37,397 nt of DNA from Catajapyx aquilonaris (lineage: Eukaryota): contig JYFJ02003861.1 in NCBI GenBank assembly GCA_000934665.2, forward strand, positions 1 through 37,397. The letters run 5' to 3'. Of the stretch, positions 1 to 11,715 are shown in pieces. A program made the position numbers and the translations under genes. Each line of letters begins with the position of its first letter. The stretch's first letter is position 1. Under the pieces are notes generated by a model. The model worked only from the letters and a program-made list of their open reading frames with translations. It was not told the origin of the DNA and made no database searches.

Positions 1-747
1 CTCAGAAATATACGTGCACTGCGGTAATAATCAAAAGTTTTGAGGACCTGCTGCTTACTCTGTCCCTAATGTTATAACTTATCAGCTATTAATATTACTG
101 TACGTTCCTTTGGCGGCATAACCTTTAAAAGGGAATCTAATCAGCAAAAGGCAATTTTTGCAATATTGCCAATATGTACGGAGCAATGTATTGGTCGGAA
201 TTATACAACACTTGGAAGTGAATAATTTACGATTTTATCAATTACATCCTCACTGATGATTTTCGCGTATTAAGTACCCGAAAAAAAATTGGCAGGGGGG
301 CGACTCGAAATAGGACAAAAGTCGCACTGATTAGGTAAGAACTACTTCTCAGGGCTTATTGTAGCGTGCAGTTCTACACAATTCGCGCAGTTCTAAAAGC
401 CAAATATGCAGTTCTGAATAAGGATTTGTGCAGTCAGATAATAGCAGACAAGTCTGTTAAATCCGGATTCAACTGCGCTTGGACATTGGGACTGCGGGAA
501 ATATGAGGGACCGATCTTTCTACTTTCTTATATCCGATGTGCTTACAGTATAGGAGGATTCCACTGTACTTTGTCAGTTATTACATTCACCTAAGATTGT
601 GTGACCTTGAACAAAAAAAAATCGCCTGCGGCGGGCCTATTCGGTTTGGCGGAAGCGGGGGGGAATCTGAAATTACTTTGTAGGGGCCCCTGATATGGCA
701 AAGTTTGAGAAACGCTGATATATCAGGATTCAACTGTAATTTCAAAA

Positions 748-950
748 ATTTCGCGAAATGCTCTTTTCTAAACCGGCAGATCGTGAAATTTCCCCTTTCC
801 AACCATCCATTTCGCGAAATACTCCTTTTAAAAAGGCCAGAACGCTTTCCTGGACTACACAAAAATGTCAGGACACGAATTTAGGATTCGTGGCGGGTTC
901 AGAAAAAGCCCATAATGCGCTGTGGCAGTTTCTTGTTTCCCACTACGCCA
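748..950 (+). repeat. Diverged repeat arm, inverted copy of ~1486-1670 (probable DNA-transposon remnant)
   Basis: Shares AACCATCCATTTCGCGAAAT, CTGGACTAC.CAAAA.TGTCAGGACACGAATTTAG and GTGGCAGTTTCT.GTTTCCCACTA with the reverse complement of 1486-1670. Confidence 0.75.
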
Positions 951-1002
951 AGTAGATGCTCGAAATAAATCAAACTATTGTTGTTATCTACATGGCATAG
1001 TG

Positions 1003-1482
1003 CAGGGGTATTCAACTAGTTTCTGACAAGGTCCAGTATTTACCTTTCCTGGGCCATTGAAGGTNGGGTAAAAATATATAGATTTTAGATGGTACCACAT
1101 GGTTCATATTCGAAAATATAAACATGTGCAGGAAGGACAGAAGGGCCTATCAAGACAGGGCATATGAAGACATTTCCGCCCTTTATGATGTCCTGTACAG
1201 GGACGTAGGCAGAAGAATTTCGGAGAGGGGCCCATTTCGTAAGCAAAAGGTGAACAAGCCGTAAAGAGAACGAGCCCGCCGCAGGCGAAATTTTTAAAGG
1301 GTTGAAGGTCACACGAGCTTACGTGAGATGTGGGAGATTTGAATGGGCGTGTATTTGATAAAATTGGTACCCCTTTTCCAAAAAGAATCATGAATTAGTA
1401 ATTTATCATGCTATTTCAAACTGTCCTGTATATATCGTCGCGGTCCGGATCCGGACCGCGGTCCGCCAGTTGAATAGCCCTG
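1003..1482. mobile_element. hAT (Charlie/MER58-like) MITE
   Basis: TIRs CAGGGGTATTCAACT and AGTTGAATAGCCCTG match 14/15. The subterminal GCGGTCCGGATCCGGACCGCGGTCCG is typical of Charlie-type ends. Flanks GCATAGTG / GCATATAG resemble a decayed 8-bp TSD. No ORF. Confidence 0.8.
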
Positions 1483-1485
1483 GCA

Positions 1486-1670
1486 TATAGTGGGAAACTA
1501 GAAACTGCCACGATGCTAAATTCGTGTCCTGACAGTTTTGCGTAGTCCAGAAAAGTCCAGAAGAGCATGTGCCCGTTTTAAAATGAACATTTCGCGAAAT
1601 GGATGGTTTGAAAATAAGCAACTTTCGCTATCTCCCTGTTTTGCAAATAGCATACCGCGAAATGCTCGGT
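1486..1670 (-). repeat. Diverged repeat arm, inverted copy of ~748-950
   Basis: The reverse complement aligns with 748-950 over ~180 bp with indels. Confidence 0.75.
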
Positions 1671-1943
1671 TTTTTCGCTCAACGGCCGTTTTCGGATTTG
1701 CGCCTAACACATGCACTATATGAATTTCTTAATATGTCTGTGCACTCTATACCCAGGTACTCTGCGACTTCTCAAATTACACTATGAAAACTATCAGAAT
1801 ATTCAGTTCAAAATATCACTAACTTGTAAGTAAATATTTTTCCAAATTTACTCAAAAGTCAACGCCCCTATACATTTACCCCTAAAATGTAAAACTTAAA
1901 TACTGACATGTTTTTTTTTGTTTAAAATGCACATTTGTTTTGC

Positions 1944-1944
<1 letters not shown>

Positions 1945-2016
<72 letters not shown>

Positions 2017-2027
2017 TAATAATAGTA
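1945..2027. repeat. (AAT)n microsatellite, the 3' tail of the adjacent SINE
   Basis: A nearly pure TAA run directly abuts the 3' end of the minus-strand SINE. Confidence 0.95.
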
Positions 2028-2363
2028 ATCCTGGGGTAGTGCTTTCACCCCCAAATGGGGGTATATCACACGGACCTTTATTTTATTATTGTACAGTACG
2101 TACATTGGTGCCTATTCATTGAAGCGCCCGGGCCCACGGGCAGGATGACAGGAGGGGATGTGCAAAGTGCAGTGCGCGGACTGTTATGGGTACATTTTGT
2201 GAACTCCCCCGGGTGGTTTAGTCTAAGGAAATACCACCCGAGACGAAGCCAGAGACGACCTAAACTCTGCACGAGATGAAGGGGGTGTCCCCGGGCTGGG
2301 ATCGAACCCGGGACCTTAACATCCGTGGGCGCGTACGTTACCGCAGCGCCACTCCGCCTCCCC
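1947..2363 (-). mobile_element. tRNA-derived SINE, family A copy 1
   Basis: Minus-strand head GGGGAGGCGGAGTGGCGCTGCGGTAAC (A box)...GGTTCGATCCC (B box). Body is homologous to 21069-21424, with a (TTA)n tail. TSD-like TTGTTTT[G/A]CGTA at 1935-1946 and 2366-2377. Confidence 0.88.
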
Positions 2364-2399
2364 AATTGTTTTACGTACTATATACAACTAGCCTACTAC

Positions 2400-2627
2400 T
2401 TCTTCTTGCACATTTGTTCTTCTTGCTTATTTTGTTCTTGCATATTTTGTTCTTCTTGCATATTTTTTCTTCTTGCATATTTTTTCTGCACATTTGTTCT
2501 TCTTGCATATTTTGTTCTTCTTGCATATTTGTTCTTCTTGCATATTTGTTCTTTTTGCATATTTTGTTCTTCTTGCATATTTGTTCTTTTTGCATATTTT
2601 GTTCTTCTTGCACATTTGTTTTACGTA
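2400..2627. repeat. Minisatellite, ~13 copies of a 17-18 bp unit TTCTTCTTGCATATTT(T)G
   Basis: Tandem array visible directly; it explains the low-complexity ORFs in all frames. Confidence 0.93.
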
Positions 2628-5452
2628 CTTCTTGTTCTTGTTTTTGTTTTTGTTCTTCTTATTATTTTGGGAAGTAATAGGAGACACTTGAAATTGCATA
2701 ATAAATTTAAAAATCAACCAGATGAATGATATATTATGGCTATTTTGCGTACCATGACTTTTGAACTTGGCGCTGTAAGGACAGGTCGTGCAACTAGCGA
2801 CATCTCTTACTTGGCAGAATGAAAGACGAGACCAGGGGGTCCTGGATTAGGTCGGATTGAAAGCCTTTTGGCCCGAGTTTGGCTGCTGAAAGGCACAGCA
2901 GAGGCCTTGTCCATTTTTCGGGGTCCTGCTTTGCTCTGCTGCAAGGGAAGCCAAGTAAGACCGCAACAAGAGAAGTCGCTCCGGATTTGGCCAGCAAGCC
3001 CTGTCTAGACTCCAAGGTGAAGGACGGCTTCAGGACAGCCACATAAATCAGGACCATTTTTCTTCCCACCACACAGCCTCTCCACGACCAGGTCCTGGGG
3101 ATAGAAAAAAAGGAATCGGTTCGCATCACGTACGTATATACACTATTTTTTTCTCCCCCTCTCCTCCTTCCCCCTCTTTGCTTTCTTTTTTTTTTCCAGA
3201 GAGAGGACTGGGGAAATGGAAATGCCCCGAAGGCAGTCATCAATCGCCAGAGCCCGCAGGATTTTCGTTCCTGGAGCCTGCTTCAGCTATTTCCAAACTA
3301 ACTTACGACATTCCCATTTCATTCTCTGAGCTTTCGGCCATCGCATCCGTCAGCCCCTGCTTTACCCTGGACTGCAACACAANAAAAAAAAAAAAAAAAA
3401 AAAAAAAAAGCTGGACCTGAAACACACACACTAAAAAAAAAATCGTCTTTAGGTGCTGACAAGTCGTGACACCCCAAGCGCTTTTTAGCAAATGGAGGAC
3501 CATGTCATCGCGTCATACAAGATGCATCTAATGAAACTGGAAACATTTGACACTCCAACCTGTTTCGGCCTTTATTTTAAGGCAATTATGTCTGCGACCG
3601 GGCCCTGATGTGACACAATGACACTCGTCAACTTGCCACCCCCCATGAAATTGAAGGGCTCATTTGCAAAAGTGCAAAAAGCGGTATGTACGACTCGGCT
3701 AAAAACGTTTCATTTTAAAAATGGAAATGGGACCACCCCCTCCTAAAAATGAGCTCCAAAACTGACGTCTGACACTGCCAATTGCCAACTTATCGCATTT
3801 GGCGCTCTAATTTCAAGCCGGCTACATTTGTCCGACATCAGTCAGACAAATGGTGGGACAGGACCTCCATTCATATGCCGGTATGGGTTCCAGGTGGTGG
3901 ACAGTCCCGGATTAATTGAAGGGCCTAATTCCACGAGGGAAAAACGAACTGTCCGGATTGCATTATGCAAAACAGTCAAGTCTCTTCGGACGTCCCAAGT
4001 CACGACGTTTCCCTAATCAACAGCCATAAACACTTCCAAGCTGTAACCGGAAGAGCCGCTAAATGCACTGGCTAAATGGGATCAGGAACAATGCACAATG
4101 GGAGCTGCAGAACAAAAGACACACCTGCATTGTACAACAATTAGTATTATCATTACCCACTGTTTGTGATGCTGCTGTTGCCATTGCAGCCTCTGGTGAC
4201 CCCAGGTGAGTGGGTTGGCTTGGCTGGGAGTGGATCCCTGCAGTTAGTGTCTTTTGGGCCTCTGGAGAGGCCAGCAGGAGGAGAAGCAGTAAATCTGCCA
4301 CCGCACCTGCGCCCCACTGAGCATCCAGGGGCGGCCCCCACACAGAGCTCTTTGTCTAATTACCACAATTCAAGGGGCCTACCCTCCAGGCCTCCTGCTA
4401 TCGGGACCTCTCCCAATAGGGAGGTTCTTTCTCTGGCCATTTCCTCGCATTCGGATCTGCATAAAAAGAGCCTGGGGTGGGCAGGTATGCAGGTCAGGTG
4501 CCAAGGCTTCCAAAGGCATACGTGCTGATTGAGGTTTCTCACAATACTACTCGCCCTGCATATATATATATTTTCTATGCAACATTAACAACTAACCTTC
4601 ATCAGCAAGCCCCATCATGATGGGTTGAAATAAAGGTGCAGTCAAAAGTGTTTCATACCCATTCATCCGGATGCTTTTAGGGTTGCTTTCGTTGTAAAGC
4701 AACACCATATGTTCGGTGACGATGTAGGTTATTAAAGGAGCTGCAAAGGAAATGGAAAAGTCCATTAGTCTGACAATAGCATCGTAAATCAACAAAGGGC
4801 AAAAACATGAGTCAGCTTTGATTGTACTTCGAGTCTTTTCATTGCTGTCAGAATGTGCTATGGATTTGTGGGGAGTTATTCTATTGTTATGCGCGTCCAT
4901 TTTGCTTAGGATTGCAAGGCAGACTATGAGAATAAATGAGATCAACAGTACTGTTCTCCACCTAGCTTTCCTTTCCCAGCTGGTATTGTCAGCTTCGCTT
5001 ACATTTAGGAAGGAAATAACACAATATGGTTGTTGGTTATGTGGCTTACTCAAAGCTTTTCAGAAGACAGCTATGCGTACTATTATAAGTTTACAAAGGG
5101 GTTTTACTATTGCACGCAGACTATCAAATCGTAGTACTGTACGAGTATAATCTACCTCTCCCTACAGTGCAGACATCTACGAAACCAGAACTATTTTAGC
5201 TAAACATATGACAATGGTGATCTGTCCATATTTTTGGAGGTGTAGGCTATATTTTTAGTTTTGCAGGTACGGTATCACTCAATGCAATTAGTAGTGAATT
5301 AGATTACTTCAATAATTTCTACCCCCTTTTTAGACACACATGTATAATAGGGTTCATCCTGCAAGTCTGACTACCCATGTAACTGAAGTTACCGTTAATG
5401 AAATGATTAGAGGCCTGGTCTCTATTATCGAAATGTATAATGAAACTATAAG

Positions 5453-5703
5453 AGCGACACGGTGGTGGAGTGGTTAGCGTCGCAGCCTCCCACCTCTAAG
5501 GTCCCGAGTTCGATCCCCGGATTGGACAGATGATACTTAGGCTATGTGGATATAGTTTCGATGGGTTCTCTCCGTGTTCGCGTGGGTTTTCTCGGGGTTC
5601 TCCCGTTTCCTCCCACCATCACAGCAAAGGCAATGATAAAAGTCGGTTAATTAAAAAGATAATCCCCTAAAAAGCCCAAGGAGGCTCATCACGGGATATC
5701 CAC

Positions 5704-5740
<37 letters not shown>
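5453..5740 (+). mobile_element. tRNA-derived SINE with V-domain-like central region (V-SINE)
   Basis: Head GGTGGTGGAGTGGTTAGC...GAGTTCGATCCC; centre GTTCTCTCCGTGTTCGCGTGGGTTTTCTCGGGGTTCTCCCGTTTCCTCCCAC; (TTA)n tail 5704-5740; TSD GTATAAT[G/A]AAACTA at 5435-5448 and 5742-5755. Confidence 0.85.
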
Positions 5741-5741
<1 letters not shown>

Positions 5742-7726
5742 GTATAATAAAACTAAAGTTAATGCCATTAAATGTCCGTAAGGGAAACGAAATCACTGAA
5801 ATGGTCTGTTAAACTCTGCCTTTTAATATCGCAGAATGTGTCCACATTTTGGCGCACCTCGTATAATCTACAAAGTAAGCTTAGTAATTATTTCATAATT
5901 ATAATATTCAATGTAAGTGGTTAGAGTGTGCATTCAAATATTTTGTGACATTTTCTGCGACGCACCACTCATAATATTATGTAACTTCTGTGGGTAGAAA
6001 GCATGAAGTAGGCCTATACGGTGAGGTATAAAGATCGTTACAAAGCACTGTATACGCACTTCGCCCCATCACACATCAATAATTGCCTCACCTCAGATGA
6101 CTAATACTTTCATTACGTACTTGCAGGTGAAACATATCCCACAATGAGACCCATACCACGAAGTAGTCACAGAATGAAGAGCTTACAATGACTGTGCAAC
6201 ATACAGTAGAAATCCAGCATTCGAGGTCTGAATTTCCCATCTGACTTTTTGAAGGAGCAATGTTGAGGTAGTATTGCCGGTTCAGGTTGGATTCAGCTTA
6301 GTGCGATCTACACCTATTTGTGGCTGGGAGCTATACGTAAGATTTATCATGGTTTGCAGCAACACTAATGTTAACCCTTATTATTGTCACCAGATGCAGA
6401 TGCTGCACTGTCCTCATAATATTAATTCTGACTTAAGATATTAAGAAAATTGTCTTGGTGCACCCAGACACTCCTTGACAATAACAAAACAAATTTTACC
6501 ATAAAGTCTAGTAGTAGACAGCGCTACATGGTTTCACCAATGTCCAAATGTATTCTAAGTCAAAATGTCAACATTATCAGGAGGCCAAAAAAAGCAACCA
6601 AATATGAACAGTCAAGCAGCATAATTATCATGAATTTCCACGCTTGATGTCAAGACAGGTCAAGAGCTGAATATATCCATTGTTGCAATCAGCTGCAACT
6701 TATACTGTACATGTTAGCAACTGCATGAATTCTGGATCTCACGGGTGCTGATGTTACCTTACATCTTGCAAAAAAATGTCATTACAAACCGTGCCACATG
6801 GCCATCTATTCATTATGTACTTATATGTAGCTTAGATATGCTAGTCTGTATATGTCTACATAGTGTATGTAACCATAAATAAGTCTTAAATAAATCGTCA
6901 GCCATGTAAGAGAAATTAAATATTAAAATATACTTACCTTTCCATCATCTTTTCTCCCACACACGAGACACTCCAATCCTTTAAATTCAGTAGACACTAT
7001 ATCCATATCGCGTAAGCTCTTAATCATTTCTGGAGGGTCCCTTTCAATACTGACCTTTAATTTCCACATTTTGGCAATGATAATAAGCCAATTTGGGGGC
7101 TCTCTTTGGGGTGGGTACTCTGGGTCCTACAATTCAATGCTGGCTTTTGAATGTCAAATTTTTTCCAATAGAAATTCCACAATTTGGGGGGCCCCGTTGG
7201 CCCATTTGTGAAAACAGCACGGCCAATGCCTTGATTCCTGTCCATATGCGAGGATTCGATAAGAGTTGCCCAAACACACACTAATTCTCTCACCCTGAAA
7301 ATGCAACCACTCAAGATGTGGGAAAAAGGAAAAGGGCTAAAAATGCGTACAAACTAGTGTTTGGAAGTTGCCTACGTACAGTACAGTACAGTACTGTGTA
7401 AAGGGAAATCTAGCCGAAATTTTGAAAAGGCCTTAAAATGAGCTCTTGGAGTATATTGTTTTTGGTTAGTGGAAGTGGTCAAAACCCAATGAACACATGT
7501 ACATCAAAAGGCGGAGGAAGCCAACGAGAATGCAATTATAGAATTAGCTTTACTCGAATATGTAACCAGAAAAACATATGGCATTCCATCGGTCATGTGT
7601 CTTAGAATTTTGGCCCTTTAAAATTAGTGATGCATCTGCAAAACATCCCTCATAGTTTCTCGCAAACCATGCATATACCTGGTTTCAAATTGAACATAAT
7701 ATTAAACCTTATGTGGGTCACAACTC

Positions 7727-7773
7727 ATGTCACCAAATATGACTGAAGTAACACCAGTCATATTTGGTGACAT
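7727..7773. repeat. Perfect 19-bp inverted repeat with 9-nt loop
   Basis: ATGTCACCAAATATGACTG aagtaacac CAGTCATATTTGGTGACAT. Confidence 0.9.
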
Positions 7774-9764
7774 TAAGCTGTACGCAGGGTTCACTTGTAG
7801 GAAGCCTGTCTTCAATAGGAGTTATTCAACATTAAAACAGAGTACAAGTAGAATGGTTTACCCTAGTATCACACTGCCTTGCCCAGGGCAGGTCTTTGGC
7901 CATCCCATCACATCACATCGGTCTCCACTATCTCCAATTTCTTAGGGACATCCGCCAAGATCCCCCAGGAACCATTGATCTCATACACTCATCCCTTTGG
8001 TTGTCCAGAGGAGAACCAGCACTTCCATAAACATGAAGACTTCCACATTGGCACCTGACCCCCACAGGTCTACTCAAGATGTGCTAGCACTGCAAAATTT
8101 TTTGGTACCTTTGCTTTATTAGGATTTTGGAGCATGACATAATGTCCTTACACACACACACACATGCACACCCCCCCCCNCCCCCCCCCCATTCCCACTT
8201 CATGCTGGGGTCAACCTCCCCAGTCCCCACCCCTATGAGCAGAATGTACTTCACGGATGAACTGAAAGGGGACGGGTGCAAGAAGCGTCCACAGCAGAGG
8301 TTAGCACCTTCAAGGCAACTGGTGGAAATATGTCCAAATATGAAATCCTGAGTGTTAGTGCCAAAACACACCCACATGCACAAAAGAAACAATGTCCTCC
8401 TCTCCATTCTCTCCTGCAGAAATCACAAAATCTTTTGTAACAATCATGTTGCGCACTGGATTTATTTTGTTATCTCTGATTATCTTACGTATTTGTCATG
8501 GTCACTCCACTGTCACTCCACAACTTTTCCCTTAATTCCCCTTGAGATTGGGGAGAAAAGTAGTTGATCACAATAATTCTGATATGCACTATCACTATCA
8601 GTCACCACTTATCATGATCAGTGGTGTGGGGGGAAGGGGAAGAGGAGGGAGAGTTCTACCAAAATATTGTGAAAGAGCAATTTAAGAGTACCTATCACAG
8701 TTTCTCTTCTTTTTATCATTATTTTTATAGTTTAACTTTATATTCATAATCGAGACCCCCTGACTGCAAGTGCCCTGGTCTGCCTGAACTGCTTGAACTG
8801 CTTTAGTTCTAGCCCCTCTTCTTACCATTCATTCAAGTGCCCGAACACAATCATGTCTGAAATTTCCAAAATGCTGTTGTGTCAGAAGTAAAATGGCTCT
8901 CAAATGTCGGGCAAGAAGCAGGCCTGGCTAGAGGATTCACAGGAACAGATAATTATATCACATACATTAAGATCCAGTGGGTACCAGTACTAATCTTTCG
9001 TTGAAGGTTGAATATAAGGAATTTCATATTACTTGGATTGTAATCCCTTTTATATATGTCTCTTATATCCTTTTCAAACGTTAGCTTGAAAACACAGGGA
9101 AACAAGAATGCATCAAGTGCATTGTGTTTTTCATCCTCGCTTCCATCACTTTGGCTGAATTTAATTGATTCACCAAATTACAAATTACAAATGGGAAAGA
9201 AAAAATTAACAAGAGTGGAATTAAAAATACAAGGTGGTACTCCGCCAAAGTTGATGATCCAACAGAGGTGATGGGAAGAATGGATGGAAAAAATAATCCT
9301 GTTCATATTTGATTTCCAGTCACAGCAAGGTTTGGGATTCCTTTTACTTTTACTCTAAATTCACAATTTTAAAAAATCAATTTTCTGTTCCATATTCAGC
9401 CAATTGGCCCATGAAATACATAGCTAGGCCTCATAGTTCAGTTCCTATAATTCCGGAGATAAAAGTCAACATGTATTGAAAACGTTCCCAATGTTGCATA
9501 TTGTATAGAAGATAAGTCTATCTGATTTTTGAAAAGTACAAAAATATTTGTTACCTTTTAGTCCACAAAGTTCTGGTCATATAATTTATAAGTAGAATGC
9601 GCATTGCATCACACGAACATAGTGTAAAAAAATTTCAGCACTTTCAAGCTGAAGAGCCAAGAGCCAAGGTTTACACAAAAATAGCCGTAACGTGGGTCAA
9701 TCATAATTATCAAGGCTTGATGGTGGGAACTACTGTAATTATTCACCTTCTGGACAAGATGCCT

Positions 9765-11715
9765 CTATGTCTCAACGTGAAACTTTTTCCGCACTGTCTG
9801 CCAATAAAAGTCAAATATTGAACCACTAGCCTCCCTGCATCGCTGGAGGCATTCCTGGAACTGTTCCTCACTCATAACTCCCCGGCTGTTCACTGACAAT
9901 ACCTGTTTTTCTGTACTGCCAAACACAAAAGTTGTCACTGCTTTACTTTCCTGTTGATACAATTTGAAATATTTTAAAATGCATTCAAGTTAATTGACTT
10001 GCACCTGAACAAATACCCACTTGCAGATCAGTTTCCTTGGGGCTGATAACAATGGTCCCATCCTTGAGCAGAGCACATGTTACCCCAGCAAAGAGATGTT
10101 CCAGGGGAATACCAGCATCCATCAAGGCTAGGCAGGTGGCATTCACACATGCTGACAAGGGCTGCCAAAAAAAGTTTCAGTTACAAATTCAACATTCAAA
10201 GCTTATGGTCCTTACAGGCCCTTTTCGTTGCATCTCTTGAACAGAAATGACTATGCAGGTCCTGGGGTACTGAGTTAGCAAAATTGCTCCCTCGCATGTG
10301 GACAAGATGCTCGTCTCCAGGGATTTCTCTGCCACACCTGAAAATTGCAATTGGTCCATTAATATCCTGAAGTATAAAGAACAAAGCAACATTTAGTGTT
10401 TTGGCATGGTTATGTAAAAGAGCATCAGCAGAAGCTAATTTGGTTTTGCTTACAATCATAAGCTTCTAAAAAATGTTTTCCATCAATTTTAATAATTGAT
10501 ATTAGGGAGATTGGTCTGGCTTAGTGGCTTTGCCTCTTCAACCTTCAAGGATAGGGAAGGAAGGAAGGAGCTGTGACCTATTATACAGAAGCGACCCTGG
10601 AAGACCATGGAAGACCATGGAAAACCACAGAAAACCACGGTCAGGATCGTCAGCCCCGGGATTCGAACCCACGACCTCCTGATTAGCAGTCGGACGCTTT
10701 ATCCACCATGCCAGGATGGAAATTGAAAAACATTATAATTCAGCTACATATTTTAAAAACATTTTGTGGATTTTTCCCTTGTTCGACGTTTCTTTCTTGT
10801 CATAAGAAAAAAAACCACGTGTCAGTATGTGACGGTCACATTTATTAATTAATATTTGAAGGGTCGCCCCGAATAATGTTGTAAGTCACATTGGTGAAAA
10901 TGATCACTCACAACATTATTTGAGGTGACCCTTCATTTATAGTTTTAAATGTAGGTTTTTGTAGATATTTTTAAAAGACAAAACAATTAAAATCTCCGCT
11001 TCAGTTGAACTTAGGATGACCGTTCCTTTTCTGGCTTACAGCTCTTTTGTAGAGGCTTTCAACCATACTTACACTTTTAATTTTTACAAGTGTAAGCGTG
11101 AGGAATAAAAAACCTCTGGATGGGTGTGGTCCTAAACTTTCGGGACAGACTCTGTGGTACGTGGGAAGGTCGGTTCAGGTTAACATGGTTTATAGGCTTC
11201 AATCTACATAGAAATAGTGAAGGCATTTCCCAAGAAAATTAAATCGCATTTCCCGCATATAACGTTACGTATCTGAAGGCCCTCTTACTTGAGACGACAT
11301 TGACACTTGTGTGAGTCCCTGATCAATGTCAGCAAATCCTGGGAGAAAATGCCATGTGACCAGTTTGTTACACTTGAAATGCTTTTGCACATTCCCGCCC
11401 ACAGATACTTTTTGCCAACAGGTGTTGATTGTGTTGCATTGCATACCAGCCTGCCCGGTCCTGGGATAGAAGGTGACCTTGACAGTGGCCCTGTCGAGCT
11501 TCTCCTCGCTGAGCTTGGCCGCTATCGGGCCATACACCGACGACAGCATCACGTTGTCCCCTGAAAGCAGTCCGGATACTTGAGTCCCACCGACCGACGC
11601 GACGCCTTGGACACTTACCTTCAGCAAACTGGGCCGATCCGTCTGGACTCTTCAGCACCCCCTGCTCGCACATCAGTCGGGGCGAGGACGACGACGACGA
11701 GGCTCCCTCCATCAT
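9765..11715 (-). CDS. EXOSC5: Exosome complex component Rrp46 (RNase PH-like), 5 coding exons, 219 aa
   Basis: Exons 11715-11619, 11560-11447, 10337-10216, 10161-10021 and 9950-9765 have GT-AG introns, phases 1,1,0,0 and total 660 nt. Translation MMEG...LMCEQGVLKSPDGSAQFAE/GDNVMLSSVYGP...LDRATVKVTFYPRTGQAG/VAEKSLE...TCEGAILLTQYPRTCI.../PLSACVNATCLALMDAGIP.../ESKAVTTFVFGS...IFDFYWQTVRKKFHVET* matches Rrp46 motifs (PDGSA, VYGP, GVAEKS, NAxCxALxDAGxP). Confidence 0.95.
10495..10719 (-). mobile_element. tRNA-derived SINE (Arg-tRNA-like head) in EXOSC5 intron 2
   Basis: Minus strand TGGCATGGTGGATAAAGCGTCCGACT...GGGTTCGAATCCC, followed by ATCCTGAC.GTGGTTTTC.GTGGTTTTCC...TAGGTCACAGCTCCTTCCTT, reminiscent of arthropod SINE bodies. 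Four internal 10-bp repeats at ~10599-10640. No clear TSD. Confidence 0.75.
10857..10935. repeat. Imperfect 30-bp inverted repeat (26/30) in EXOSC5 intron 2
   Basis: TGAAGGGTCGCCCCGAATAATGTTGTAAGT ... ACTCACAACATTATTTGAGGTGACCCTTCA. Confidence 0.85.

Noticed and set aside
2400..2627. CRISPR-like array
   Set aside because: Contiguous tandem units with no unique spacers, eukaryotic context and no cas genes.
1896..2729. Many overlapping ORFs (poly-N/poly-Y, QEEQNM or FFLHI repeats)
   Set aside because: They are translations of the AAT microsatellite, the SINE and the minisatellite.
10650..10719. tRNA gene (also the tRNA-like heads at ~2290-2363, 5453-5520, 21355-21424 and 36825-36895)
   Set aside because: No complete cloverleaf or acceptor stem. 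Each continues into a SINE body and tail, most with TSDs.
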